A stretch of DNA of 64,000 nucleotides from Octopus sinensis (lineage: Eukaryota), in NCBI RefSeq assembly GCF_006345805.1, contig NC_042999.1, positions 65,348,001 to 65,412,000 of the forward strand. Reading direction: 5' to 3'. This document shows, one piece after another, positions 1 to 14,864 of this stretch (position 1 is the stretch's first letter; each line of letters opens with the position of its first letter). The translations under genes and the position numbers were made by a program. The notes below the pieces were generated by a model. It ran no database searches. It was not told the origin of the DNA and saw nothing but the letters and a program-made list of their open reading frames with translations.

Positions 1-336
1 CAAAACACAAACACAACTAAATATACTTTCGATATTTGGCACATTTTCTCCAGAAGAATTGTTGGATTTATTTCTATTCATGAGGGGGTTTACATTCTTT
101 TTATTGCTTTTTTTAATCATATATGTGGAATATAAAAAAAATTTTGAAGGACTTCTTCTGTTACGGATTTTTATACAAAATACTATAGATCTGTTGGAGT
201 AAAAATGCTGTTTTAATACTTCCTGACGGTTTTATTGTATGAATCTAAAAATGATTTTTTTCTGCTTTAACAATTGCTAAATTCTGCAAGACTTGAGTGT
301 GAGACCTTTGTACGCGGGGGAAGAACGAGTCACGAA

Positions 337-386
<50 letters not shown>

Positions 387-502
387 ATGTGTGAAGTACA
401 TATACATACATATATATATATGTATAAACACACACATACACACACACACACAAACACACACGCACACACACAAACACACACACACACAAACCACACACAC
501 AC

Positions 503-548
<46 letters not shown>
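337..548. repeat. Compound (ATCT)n/(CA)n/(TA)n microsatellite, representative of dozens in the window
   Basis: Direct reading; source of the spurious IY/HT-repeat ORFs. Confidence 0.95.
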
Positions 549-552
<4 letters not shown>

Positions 553-800
553 TATTTATTCAAATGCTTCAATTGGAACATATTATTTCTGTATTGTCCA
601 AATGTATTTTTCTACCATAAATTTACGTAAAAATATATACATATGAAAATTTCTTCAGCAGGTGCCTTGTTGTGAACAGTCTGAGAGCATTGTTTATATT
701 ATTTTTTCAATTTTTTTTTTATATCCATAAGCCTTTTGCTAAATTTTTGCTTGAAGAAATTTATCTGCGAAATATTTATTCATCTCGCTAATATTATACA

Positions 801-1268
801 AGCTCTTCTACAGAAAGGGACAGAAAAAACAAGGAGAGAAAAAAATGTGTGTAGTGGCTAACGATCTATCATGGCGACTGACTTCGGACGGAAGAGTCAC
901 ACACGAGAGGTAAGAAGTAGGGGAGATAACAAGGTAAAGATGATCCCCAACACGAAGGTGCGTGTATAAGAGAGTATGTATGTGCGTGTGAAAGAGGGCT
1001 GGTGGTCTGGACGTGCGCGTGTATGTATGAGTAGGTATGTGGGTGGTGTGTTGTGATGTGATGTGTAAAGTTGTATGGTGTAGTGTGGTGTGGTGTGATG
1101 TTGTTGGGAGGTGGGGGAAGCGAGACTGGGGAAAGCACGGGTGGGGTGTGGGTTCGGCTCAGGGTTGGTGTAGAGTTGGGGCTTCCGGGTAGGTATAGGG
1201 TGGGGGTAGAGGTGGTGTATGTGGGAGAGGGTGGGTGGCATAGGATGGAGAGATGGGAAGGATAGGGA
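801..1268 (-). repeat. G-rich interspersed repeat, inverted homologue of 7370-7830
   Basis: Shared blocks with the reverse complement of 7370-7830 (GCTCTTCTACAGAAAGG, GTAGTGGCTA, GAAGGTGCG, AGAGGGCTGGTG); left end truncated. Confidence 0.7.
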
Positions 1269-1407
1269 AGGTGGTATAGGAATGTCTCTATCTCTCTCTC
1301 TCTCTCTATCTATCTATGAGTGTCTACGTCTGTGTCTATAATACAACTGTGAATATATAGTTACATGCATATTCCTATATATATATATCTATATCTATAT
1401 CTATCTA

Positions 1408-1467
<60 letters not shown>

Positions 1468-2276
1468 AATCTATCTATCTATCTATCTCTATCTATCTAT
1501 CTATCTATCTATCTCTATCTATCTATCTATCTATCCATCTCTCTATGAGTTTCTACGTGTGTGTCTATAATACAACTGTAAATATTTCGTTGCATGCATA
1601 TTCCTTGCATCGAATGAATATACCCCGACAAGATCGCCCACAATATTTAACTGCCTAAATTATCCGTCGAGGGCATAGTTATTCCATTGAATCGATCCAG
1701 AAACTTCATGGATCGAACATAAAACAATTAAACATACCACTCCACTAGTTTCATTTGTTTACCTCCATCTGCACTTCATAAAGAGCGTTATTTTGTGAGA
1801 TTCTTCAGCCCATGGTTTCAGTTTCATTTCCAATTCACAGTACAGCGCAATGGACAATGGTTTTCGAACACAGCATCGAAACAGCCATTGCCTTGTATAA
1901 AAGTGAATGAATTTTGTATAGAAACTATGAGAAGTATATTATATATATATATATATATATATTCTTGGTAAGAAGTTTGCTTAACAACAATAGAGTTACG
2001 GGATCAGTTATAATGCATGGCAAGTGTCTTCTACTATAGCCAAGTAAAACCTTGTGAGTGGGTTTGGTTCATGGAATCCGAAAGAAGTCTAACTTCTTAA
2101 CAACCGGTGCTGGCGAATATGTTAGCATAACTCAGCGGTTATATTATAAATAACCTGTGCGAATGATTCGTTTGACTCCAATATTAAATATATTTTAAAG
2201 TTTAATATCCAGACTATCACTCATTAGTCTCCGGTCATGCTAGGGTCGCAGTCTACAAGATACACATACACACACA

Positions 2277-2328
<52 letters not shown>

Positions 2329-2667
2329 AATATATATGTAATATATCTGTATATGTGTGTATATATGTAATATATAAAGCCTCTATATACTCACTCATAT
2401 ATACATCTGTGTATGTGTATATGTGTGGTTTTGATATATATTGATTGCATATTTTGACACACACACACACCAATTTCGCAGGATGATGTAAGTCGATAGC
2501 ACTGACTCAGTGTAAAACTGGTACTTGTTTTACCGTCATCCCATAAGGATGAATATCAAGTCGAACTCTATGGAATTTGAACTCAGAACGTAAAGACGGA
2601 CAAGATATCACGGCATGCTAATTGTTTTGCTAAATTGCCGTGTTGGCTTCAATCAATCAATCAATCA

Positions 2668-2733
<66 letters not shown>

Positions 2734-2738
2734 TATGC

Positions 2739-3070
2739 TGAGATACCCCCTTCGGTCATGACTGGCCATGGAATTGCACCTAGAAAGTTACCCTCTCAGG
2801 CACAATTCTGGGCATGGTTGTTTTATGGAAGACCAGCAGTCGCCCACGCATACCAGCCTCCCCTCTGCACGCCCACCAGTGTTATCCAAGGAAAAGGCAA
2901 AGGCCGATGCAGCTTGGCACCAGTGATGTCACAACTCATATCAACAGCTGAGTGAACTGGAGCACCGGGAAATAAAGTGTCTTGCTCAAGAACACAACAC
3001 GCAGTCCGGTTCGTGATTCAAACTCACAATCTCGCGATCGTAAGCTCGAGTCTCTAACCACTGAGCCATA
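2739..3070 (-). mobile_element. tRNA-derived SINE (family D)
   Basis: Reverse complement of the copies at 30358-30690 and 33052-33378: tRNA-like head, GTGTTGTGTTCTTGAGCAAGACAC core, GGTAACTTTCTAGGTGCAATCCCATGG tail. Confidence 0.8.
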
Positions 3071-3487
3071 CACATACATACACACACACACACACACATA
3101 TACACGTCACACCCACGTACGTATAAACGTGCACACACACACTCACACACCTATATATCCAATAATAAATTAACTAGCATTACTCTCTATTATCTACAGC
3201 AATATTTATACCAGTTTCACATGTAAGATACAAACCAATTTACTGTGTTCCTGATTATATAAATAAGCCCAACAGATATAATTTAATAACACTACTTCAC
3301 AAAATGTCACAAGGCGATGACTTCATAATATAGCCAATAACAGAAACATTCTTTCATTACTGCCCTATCCAACCATGATATGAGATTAATCTTGATACAA
3401 ATTTTACTATTAAGAGACAAGGAATTATGTACTTTATTTACGTTATTTACATTTGACGGATATTTGTCCTCATTTTGTTTGTTTTTC

Positions 3488-3531
3488 ACACAACGTTTCG
3501 TCTGATATACTCTCCAGCCTTCATTAGGTGT
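3488..3531 (-). ncRNA. Degenerate minimal type I hammerhead ribozyme (G5A core mutation)
   Basis: Minus strand ACAC-CTAATGA-a-GGCTG..CAGAC-GAAA-CG-T-T-GTGT: stem I ACAC/GTGT, palindromic stem III ACGT, core CUAAUGA instead of CUGAUGA. Confidence 0.55.
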
Positions 3532-3540
3532 CTTGGGGTA

Positions 3541-3614
<74 letters not shown>

Positions 3615-3659
3615 ATACAGGTCACTCGGAATCTTTAGGCTAGTAGCCCGCGCCCTTAA

Positions 3660-4830
3660 CCACTACACCATATGTCCGTGAGCAATTGTGGAGTAAATTT
3701 TAGGTTTTATATATCTAATATTCTCATATCCTTCCTTAATACCGGTTCCCACATGCTGTTCATATCTGTTCTTAGTCATATTCTCTTCTATTGGCGGTTG
3801 TACTTGAAGGAGATATTTGCGAAGTGTTGTATTACTTTTGAATACTGTCTTGAGGTCATATGGGCCGCATATCTTTTGTATCTTTTCAGAAAGGCCTTTC
3901 ACATGGGTAGACAGACTGTGGACAGTTTATCGGTTTCATCCTCTCTTTTCTTCATAATTGGAATGGAGAATATGCTTTTGGGTAGTTGTTGCTTAAAAGA
4001 TTGTTACTGAGCTTGATCATCTCTTCGTGGTGGGTATCACGATCGCTACTTATACTTATTGCTCGATGCTTTATGTACTGAGCAATCCCTCTCTTTTCCC
4101 TGTATGGCTCCTACTATCGGTGATAATGGCGAACCCATAGCTAAACCCTCTTCTTGTCGATATAGATTAGTGTCCATACTGAAGTAGGTAGTTTCTACAC
4201 AAAAGGTCAACATTTCCATCAGGTGTCTTATTGGTATACTAGTGCGTTCTTTTAGATTGGTGTCTGTCACTAGTTTTTCTTGAAATACCGGTAGTGCCTC
4301 ACCAATTGGGACTTTGTTGAACACACTCACTTTGGTGAACTAGACTCACCATCTGGTTGGATTCAATGGGGGGGGGTATCTTTGATTAATTCTGTGAAGT
4401 GGGTGGAATTCTTCACATACGATGTTGACTTTCCTGCTAATGGACCGATTATATCCAAAAGGAAGCGGCTCAGTGGATGACATGCTGAACCTATACAGCT
4501 CACTATAGCTCTTAATGAAATACCATCCTTGTGAGTCTTAGGAAGACCGTACATGTGTGGTAGTTTACTGTGGTGTTGAGTCAGCTGTCTGTACTTCATT
4601 TCCCTTGTCTGCTGGAAGTATTATGATGGAATTGTCACCGTGTTGTCTTTTCATAGCGAACGTTTCTTCGTTAGTGATGTTTAGTTGTTCTGTGTGTTCT
4701 CCATATCTTTGTATTCGACCTTCCGGCTCGATTGCCAACCAGTACAGCATGTTGTTTCCAAATTTTTGGCAAGTGAATTGCGTCATGATGTTATCATTCT
4801 CACAGACGGTGCCCAACTGAACCTACTTTA
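3660..4830 (-). mobile_element. Internally deleted, frameshifted Penelope-like retroelement (RT plus GIY-YIG remnant)
   Basis: Minus-strand frames give IIILPADKGN, MYGLPKTHKDGISLRAIVS, YVKNSTHF, FNKVPI, YRQEEGLAMGSPLSP and LPYVKG-like..VFKSNTTLRKYL, all typical PLE ORF motifs; the YVDD region is deleted. Confidence 0.9.
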
Positions 4831-4977
4831 CTCTGTTGTTGACAAAATCAAAAACAAACAAAAGTGCGCATGCTCAAAATTAAAAGTTTATCCATCGCAA
4901 ACTGTAATACATATGTATCCACACACAGATATATATATATATACACACTCATACATACACATATATTTATATCTATA

Positions 4978-5082
<105 letters not shown>

Positions 5083-5343
5083 GTTAATTGTCCGGAAATC
5101 ATTAGTCGCACATCTGTGACATCTTCAGCAACACTTTTCGTTTCCTTGTGTTCTTGCTCCACTTACCCCATTCTCATGTGTATGTATGTATGTATATATG
5201 TATGTATGTATGTATATATGTATGTATCTATGTATGTATGTATGTATGTACATAAATATATATATATGCTTGTGTGGGCGTGTATGCATATATATGTATA
5301 TAGATTTATGAATATGTATATGTATATCTGTATATATATATAT

Positions 5344-5453
<110 letters not shown>

Positions 5454-5548
5454 ATAAAATTAAATAAGGGTAGAAATTGATATTAATCAATTAAAACCAG
5501 TGGCCTATCATATTTAAAAAAATCAGAAGATTAAACATTTTTTTTACA

Positions 5549-5702
5549 TACAAAATTTAGAGGATTGACCACTAAAAGTGGGCAGCCTGTTTGCTAGATA
5601 TAGACATCAAAATCGCCATTTTCCACGGAGAATGGCGATTTTGACGTTTATATCTAGCATACAGGCTGTCCACTTTTAGTGGTCAATCCTCTAAATTTTG
5701 TA
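5549..5702. repeat. About 75-bp-arm near-perfect palindrome (hairpin)
   Basis: 5549-5620 is the reverse complement of 5631-5702 with 4 mismatches; loop of 10 nt or less. Confidence 0.9.
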
Positions 5703-6252
5703 TATATATATATATATACAGTTGATGCCTCACCTCATCTCCCTGTTGTATTTCTGCCGCAGCTGTTTTTCTAAGTGCTAAGCCCTCTTGTAGTAATCTA
5801 TTTCTCAGCCAATTAATACTGTTCTTTGATCTTATGTCGCTTGCAGGGAGGAAGCAACATCAATAACTATCAAACAACAACACCAAGAACTCTATTAATA
5901 TCTAGTGGCCTTTGTTAGCTACTGAATAAACCTCAACTTCGCAGTCCAGCCGACTCAATTAATGCAAACCCGTAGCTTCTACATCACATACTCTCATATC
6001 GAAAAAGACGCGGTGGTTTCTCTTGTGCTATCTCCTCTGAACGTAGGAAAAAGATGTGATCACACTTGGACATGACAGTTCTATAGTCTCAAACCATTTC
6101 TGAATGAACAAACCTACTCATACACTGATCTTAAGTTTGTATAAAAGTTGGTAAGTTATAAGTGAATTAAATGTGATGATAAGTTTGCTGGGACCGAGAT
6201 GAGCTGACTCGAAAACATATTAACGACAACGACAACAGCAGCAGCAGCAGCA

Positions 6253-6620
6253 GTGGAGGCGCAAAGGCCCAGTGGTTAGGGCAGCGGACTCGCGGTCGGA
6301 GGAACACGGTTTCGATTCCCAGACCGGGTGTTGTGTGTGTTTATTGAGCGAAAACACCTAAAGCTCCACGAAGCTCCGGTAGGGGGTGGTGGCGACCCCT
6401 GTTGTACTCTTTCGCCCCAACTTTTTCTCATTCTTTCTTCCTGTTTCTTGTCTCCAACTTCCTATGCAACTGCTGAGCCTGGATGCGCATTCATCCATCC
6501 GTCGATGCTCTCGGTGTCGGGGGTTGACCTGCTTTCTCTTCTGCGGGTCTTACGAATAGCAAAGGACCACTTTTCGGACTTCTCCCATCTTGCTTGCTCT
6601 GTGACGAAGACCGTTCGCTC
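6253..6620 (+). mobile_element. tRNA-derived SINE (family B) inserted in a CAG/CAA tract
   Basis: tRNA-like head GTGGAGGCGC..AGTGGTTAGGGCAGCGGACTC..TTCGATTCCC; homologous to 15361-15660 (-) and 56688-56995 (+). Confidence 0.8.
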
Positions 6621-6692
6621 AACAGCAACAGCACCGCTCAACAGCGGCAGCAGCAGCAACAACAACAACAACAACAAAAACAGCAACAATAC

Positions 6693-6922
6693 TCATTTCT
6701 TTACTGCCCACAAGGGGCTAAACAAAGATGGGGCAAACAAGGACAGACAAATGCATTAAGTCGATTATATCGACCCCAGTGCGTAACTGGTACTTAATTT
6801 ATCGACCCCGAAAAGATGAAAGGCAAAGTCGACCTCGGTGGAATTTGAACTCAGAACGTAATGGTAGACGAAATACGGCTACACAATTCGCCCGGCGTGC
6901 TAACGGTTCTGCCAGCTCGCAG
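6693..6922 (-). mobile_element. SINE (family C) with 12-bp target-site duplication CAGCAACAATAC
   Basis: Same sequence family as 39400-39790 and 47850-48080; direct repeat at 6681-6692 and 6923-6934. Confidence 0.8.
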
Positions 6923-7129
6923 CAGCAACAATACCATCACTATCAAGGACATTAAGGGTGACGGAGCTACTACACATTGTACTCAGGCTAAATAGAAATA
7001 ACAACATTAACTCTCGTTGATATCGTCAGAATTTATGAACTTTCGTGAGAACGTGAAATAATTGCTTTTTGGAACATTGGATCTCGAAGCACACATAAAT
7101 CGATGAATAATAGCATATAAATATTGAGT

Positions 7130-7930
7130 TTATAAAATCGTTTTGGGATAAAATACTCGAAGGCTACCTTTAGAGGACAACTCCACATCACCCGTGGATA
7201 TGACAGACGCACGGCTATTGGACCAAAGTATACTTTCGAATTTCACTGCCCAACTTAGGAACTTAATTCTTAAGAGCCAAAAATTTATGCTGTTGATGTC
7301 ATAAGAATTTATAAACTTTCTAGTAAGCGTAAAATACTTTTTGTGAACAAGGAATCTTGGAGACTCCCACATACCCTACCTCTACACCTACCCTCAGCCT
7401 AACCTACACCCCACATTTGCTTTCCCCACTCTCGCCTTCCCATATCCCAACACCACCACCCAACACCCCACACCACCACAACATACACAACCATAGCACA
7501 CGACATCATATCACACCACCACGCACAAACTAGCACTGACCAATTCCCAGCCCACACCATCATCCACACACCTACACATACACACACGCACGTTAAGGTC
7601 ACCAGCCCTCTACCTTTAGGACATACATGCTCGCTTATGCATACGCACGCGCACCTTCGTTTTGGGATGACCACTACTGTATTATCTCCCCTTCTTTCTA
7701 GCTCTCCCGTGTGACCTTTCTGTCCGGCATTTGCTATGATATGTCGCTAGCCACTACACATTCTTTATTTTTGCTCCTCGTTTCTTTCTGTGTTCCTTTC
7801 TGTAGAAGAGCGTAGGCTAGGAACGTTACAGACGTTTTCAATTCCCAAGGGTTTAAACTAATACAACTGTTTGTTGTCTACACCATCTGTCTTCGTCTTT
7901 TGTTTTTTTTTTTTGTGTGTGTGAATTCCC
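7130..7930 (+). repeat. C-rich interspersed repeat, possibly a PLE-derived 3' end
   Basis: Inverted homologue of 801-1268; degenerate hammerhead-like GAAGAGC-GTAG-GCT-AGGAACGTT near 7805-7830; PLE origin is inference. Confidence 0.5.
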
Positions 7931-8129
7931 CCAAGCTACTATACATAACGCTGTAAATGATAGAATTTAAATATTGAGTTTTCCAATCCAATATTTTACA
8001 CCCCAAGGCGTGGTTGCCACACATTTGTGTCAAACATGAAGCAACGCGGTTGCAAAGCTAGGTTCGTAACAAAACACACACATGCCTGCTGAAAAAATAA
8101 AAGTATCTTAAATAATATTACGATATTAG

Positions 8130-8256
8130 TCGCAGGCGTGGCTGTATGATAAGACGCTTACTTCCCAACTACATGGTTCCGAGGTCAGTCCTACTGCGTG
8201 GCATCTTGGGCAAGTGTCTTCTACTATAGCCGTGGGCCGGCCAAAACCTTGTGAGT

Positions 8257-8296
<40 letters not shown>

Positions 8297-8650
8297 CGAA
8301 TGTGAAAGTATGCTGCTATATGTATATATAAAAAAGAATACAAAAAATGGGACAAGAATGCAACGTGTGAAAACACAACATGCAAACACTTAGATAATAC
8401 AAAAAGAGACCGAATGACCCATCCTTGTTTTTTCTATTCCTTTTTTATATCATCTGTTTTGTTGTCGCCTGTCGCGTTCTTGTCCCATTTTTTGTATTCT
8501 TTTATTCACACACACACACACACACACACACGCAAACACATATATTTCTGTGTCTCTGTTTGTCCACTCACCATCGTTTGGCAACTGATATTGATGTGTT
8601 TATGAACTCGCAACATAGCGGTTCGGCATAGAGGACCAATGGAATAAGTA
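8130..8650 (+). mobile_element. SINE (family A) interrupted by an inverted-repeat insert
   Basis: Head GCAGGCGTGGCTGT..CAGTCCTACTGCGTGGCATCTTGGGCAAGTGTCTTC; tail TTTGTCC..TTAGCGGTTCGGC-like after the (CA)n tract. Confidence 0.7.
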
Positions 8651-8795
8651 CTATATAAATTAGAAAAACACACCTTTTATCAATTCAAAATGAAAAATTA
8701 AATTACACCATCTAGAAAATTTCGAGAAATTTGATTTAGTATTACTAAATTGAATTTTTCCCTGTAAGTTAGGAATAATATTCCCTCATATTATA

Positions 8796-8837
<42 letters not shown>

Positions 8838-9901
8838 TAGAGGCCTCCATACAAATTCACTAAATGGCACTGGTAGGGCTGGGTGCTGCTATGTTATAGT
8901 AACAGACACTTGCAGAAGCACCCCTACAGTGGGGCTGAATCCAAGTAGCCTAATTACACACACACACATACACACCCACACACACACACACACCCACACA
9001 CACACAAACTTAAGCATGTATCTCTTCCGCCATATTTGTTTCTTCAACTAAAATAACCTTGTGTGTTGCTTTTCGTTTCTCTATTCCATAAAAAAATTTC
9101 GATGATATAAATATTAGACTGACGTTTGTTATGTAATTGATACGACCAGCTATATCATATTCCACATATAAAAGAAAAAAAACAGAACCAACACAAATAT
9201 GCCAGATAGTATAGAATTAAATAATCAAGATATTTCGCATCTGCCGTTTTAATTACTGAGTCTATGAATGATAACCATGTAATATTTCTGTTATGCTTTG
9301 TTACAGAAAATGTAGTCATAGATTTTGGTTTGTTCTTAACATACGTTCATTGCAAACTTCTCCACACACGTTAAGCAGTGAAGTGATTTGATTGTTAACA
9401 AATTCTTTTATGAGTCAATTTTTAAGTCTTCAGACATAACTACAGTATAGATTTTCTATATTTTTAATAACATTAGAGTTGTCGGCTGCGATAATTAGTT
9501 GACTAAATCAATAATATTGTCACGTCTAACTTTCTACAGTAGATTACCAATATTGTAAATTGCTGTTTACCTGTCTTTGTCATGCAACCTGTCCTTTCAA
9601 TCGAATCTGAGACACATACTTCCAATTCATATAAAATATGATTTCTATACATACTAAGGGAAGTGGTGTTAGTTGAAACTACTCCAAATGATTAACCATG
9701 AAAGTGTCTTATTTAATTAGCACCCACTACATTCACTATCATAACTATAGCTCTCATTAGCAATAAGATATAGACCAAACCATTGGGGATATATCTGACT
9801 TGATCGACCGCATTATTTATACATCACCAAATATTTTCCTAAGTGTTTAAGTTTTGGGTCACTTTGGCCGAGTAATATGCAATATATTAGAATACTAGAT
9901 C

Positions 9902-9969
<68 letters not shown>

Positions 9970-9970
<1 letters not shown>

Positions 9971-10206
9971 TCTTTACTCTATCTTTTACTTGTTTCAGTC
10001 ATTTGACTGCGGCCATGCTGGAGCACCGCCTTTAGTCGAGTCGAGCAAATTAACCCGGGGACTTATTCTTTGTAAGCCCAGTACTTATTCTATCGGTCTC
10101 TTTTGCCGAACCGCTAAGTGACGGGGACGTAAACATACCTGCATTGGTTGTCAAGCAATGCTAGGGGGACAAACACAGACACGCAAACACACACACACAT
10201 ACACAC

Positions 10207-10245
<39 letters not shown>

Positions 10246-10398
10246 GTACGACAGGCTTCTTTCATTTTCCGTCTACCAAATCCATTCACAAGGCATTAGT
10301 CGGACCGGGGCTATAGCAGAAGACACTTGCCCAAGATGCCACGCAGTGGGACTGAACCCGGAATCATGTGGTTGGTTAGCAAGCTACTTACCAAACAG

Positions 10399-10401
<3 letters not shown>
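9970..10401 (-). mobile_element. SINE (family A), full length
   Basis: Head, central microsatellite and tail GGCGGTGCTCCAGCATGGCCGCAGTCAAATGACTGAAAC on the minus strand. Confidence 0.85.
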
Positions 10402-10431
<30 letters not shown>

Positions 10432-10434
<3 letters not shown>

Positions 10435-10595
10435 TGTAGGAGTGGCTGTGTTGTAAGCATCTTGCTTACCAACCACATGGTTCCTGGTTCAGTCCCACTA
10501 CGTGGCACCTTGGGCAAGTGTCTTCTAGTTTAGCCTCGAGCCGACCAAGTGTTTGTGAGTGGATTTGGCAGACGGAAACTGAAAAAAGCCCGCCG

Positions 10596-10598
<3 letters not shown>
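10432..10598 (+). mobile_element. SINE family A head, head-to-head with the previous copy
   Basis: Reverse complement of 10245-10401. Confidence 0.8.
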
Positions 10599-10635
<37 letters not shown>

Positions 10636-10643
10636 ATATATAC

Positions 10644-10842
10644 TCTTTACTCTTTTACCTGTTTCAGTCATTTGACTGCGGCCATGCTGGAGCACCGCCT
10701 TTAGTCGAGCAAATCGACCCCGGTACTTATTCTTTGTAAGCCCAGTACTTATTCTATCGGTCTCTTTTGCCGAACCGCTAGGTGACGGGGACGTAAACAC
10801 ACCAGCATCGGTTGTCAAGCAATGCTAGGTGGACAAACACAA

Positions 10843-10873
<31 letters not shown>

Positions 10874-10950
10874 CGACAGGCTTCTTTCAGTTTCCGTCTA
10901 CCAAATCCACTCACAAGGCATTGGTCGTCCCGGGGCTATAGCAGAAGACA
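10644..10950 (-). mobile_element. SINE (family A), 5'-truncated
   Basis: Near-identical tail to 9970-10180. Confidence 0.8.
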
Positions 10951-11113
10951 CTTGCAAGATTGTGTGTTTGTGTGCCTGTGTTTGCCCCACCACACAACAT
11001 CACTTGAAACTGATTCTGGATTCCTGGCGTCGATTTGCTCGACTCAAGGTGGTGCTCCAAGATGGCCAAAATCATATGGCTTGAACAAGTAAAAGAGTAT
11101 ATATATATATATA

Positions 11114-12343
11114 CGAGGGGCGTTCAATAATGCCCTGACCCACTTCCCATAGCAGTAGAGCAACGAAACTTGGCACAATTATTAGTCTTTTTCTATATAG
11201 GAACCACCCAGAGTTACGCATTTCTCCCATCGTTTGATGCGGCTCTGGAGACCGTTTTTGTAGAAGAACCCAGCTTGGTCCTCCAACCTCAACGTGACTT
11301 CAGAAATCAAGGCTGCATCATCTGGGAAACGCTTTCCTTTCAAAAACAACTTCATGATTGGGAAGAGGTGAAAATCAGAGGGTGCAAGGTCAGGAGAGTA
11401 GGGGGGATGGGGAGGAGTTCATAGCCATACGCCTGTGCTTCTGATCTGGCGACAAGCGAATTGTGGACCGGAGCGTTGTCCTGCAGGAGGAGGATGCCTT
11501 TGCTGATCTTGCCCCGCCTCTTGATTTTGATAACTTCTCTTAATTTCCTCAAAAGTGAAGCATAATAGGCTCCTGCAATTGTGGTACCCTTTGCCAGGAA
11601 ATCTGTCATCACTACTCCGTCCTGGTCCTAGAAGACTGTGAGCATGACCTTGCCAACGGAGGGCTGCACCCTTGCCTTCTTTGGAGGGGGTGAGTCACGG
11701 TGCTTCCACTGCATTGACTGGGCTTTGGTCTCTGGATCATCGTGATGGACCCAGGTTTCATTCTGTGTAATCAGTCTTTTGAAAAATTTTGACTCATCTT
11801 CTTGGCACATCTCCAAATTCACCCTCGAGCACTCGACGCGTTCTTGCTTCTGGAAAGGCGTGAGCAACCTGGGAATCCATCTGGCAGACACCTTTTGCAT
11901 ATGCAAATGGTCATGAATGATAGTTTCCACAGACCCGGTACTAATCTTGACCTCATGGGCTATTTGGCGAATAATTATGCGCGGATCTTCCAAAATGGCA
12001 GCCTCAACTTGACGGACAGATGCCTCATCAATGGCAGAAGGGGGCGACCAGATCTGGGAGCTGTTTCCACAGAGTTCCGACCATGTTTGAATTCACGATG
12101 CCAGCGTTTTACAAGGTCATATGATGGGGCATCATCACCATAAGTTACTTTCATTTCATCAAATGTCTCCCGTGGTGTGCTTCCTTTCAAATACAAACAC
12201 CGGATTACTGCTCGACACTCAACAGGCTCCGTTTCACACTTGACTCGGTTCAAACACCTGTAAATCAGAAACCACAATTAATTCAGAGCTGTAATCAAAC
12301 AATTGCAAGTGGGTCAGAGGCATTACTTATTGAACGTCCCTCG
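11114..12343 (-). mobile_element. Mariner (D,D34D) copy 1, defective
   Basis: TA duplications at 11112-13 and 12344-45; TIR CGAGGG(A/G)CGTTCAATAA(GTAA)TGCC; transposase in three frames (RAVIR.LYLKG, WIPRLL, LLQDNAPVH); 56-bp 5' deletion relative to copy 3. Confidence 0.95.
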
Positions 12344-12391
12344 TATATATAAACTTACTTGGAGTAGAAACGACGCGTGGCGTTCAATCAC

Positions 12392-12833
12392 ATAATAACA
12401 ATTTAATAAATAAACCATATGCATACATACATACATATATGTACATACCTACATCTATATGTATATATACATGCATATATGAGTACAGGACACCACAAAT
12501 AAACGTAGAACACAACGAGAAACGAAAACATAAAATCAAACAAGGAAACGGCCTTTTTTTAACAACGAAAAACCAGAGTACAAGACAAACAATACAATTC
12601 ATCAGCTGCCCCTCAATGCGTGTTTCGAAGGTAAGGGCAGAACACGATCCGGCCGAAGAAGTCCTTCTCTGCAAAATGAGCAAAAAAAATAAGTGACAAG
12701 AACAGGACGTAAAAGCAATAAAAGAATTTTATTTAATTCATTTTGCAGGAAGGTATGTACATATAGATGTAGGTATGTACATATATGTATGTATGTATGG
12801 ATGCATATGTTTTATTTATTAAATTGTTATTAT
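12392..12833. repeat. About 72-bp inverted repeat enclosing a roughly 290-bp repeat fragment
   Basis: 12392-12463 matches the reverse complement of 12758-12833 apart from a small indel and 1-2 substitutions. Confidence 0.8.
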
Positions 12834-13264
12834 ATATATATAATGAGTTCAGATATTTAAATATACTTTATGCCTTTTGTTATGCTTACTTGTTCTAGCA
12901 CCTTGTTCTTAGGTAAATAAATTATATTTTATTTAACATAACTAGTCCAGGAATCTTTTGATACCACCCCTCATACGTGTGTATATCTATCTATACGTAC
13001 CCGTATACGCATACATACATATATTCATATGTACGTACGTACATACATACATACATACATACAAGCACACATATATGTATATTTGTATATGTGTGTATGT
13101 GTTTATGTACGTATAGCTTTGGTAGCGCAAAGATGGTAAACATCCCAATATATGAGTGTACATGTGTATTATAATTATTACCATTATTTTGAATAAACAG
13201 GAAGTTATGGAAATTATAGAGAATTTCCTGAATGTCTTTATTAAGTCACATGGCTACATGTGTA

Positions 13265-14864
<1,600 letters not shown>

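Noticed and set aside
5730-5845. Minus-strand open stretch ending in GAG|GTGAGG
   Set aside because: No convincing acceptor keeps the frame open, and the peptide is unrecognised.
6253-6325. tRNA genes at SINE heads
   Set aside because: A/B-box-like heads run straight into SINE bodies and do not complete a cloverleaf.
6594-6797. Poly-Gln/poly-Asn ORF
   Set aside because: CAG/CAA tract sandwiched between two SINEs; no unique coding context.
7795-7835. Hammerhead-like CTGT-AGAAGA-GC(GTAG)GC-TA-GGAA-CGTT-ACAG
   Set aside because: Core is one base short and GAAA is mutated; kept only as a hint of family origin.
11802-12143. Antisense ORFs over the mariner copies (also 25531 and 62381)
   Set aside because: Shadow frames of the transposase, repeated only because the elements are homologous.
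12590-12650. GAAA...CTGATGA on the minus strand (type II hammerhead order)
   Set aside because: Stems I, II and III cannot be formed.
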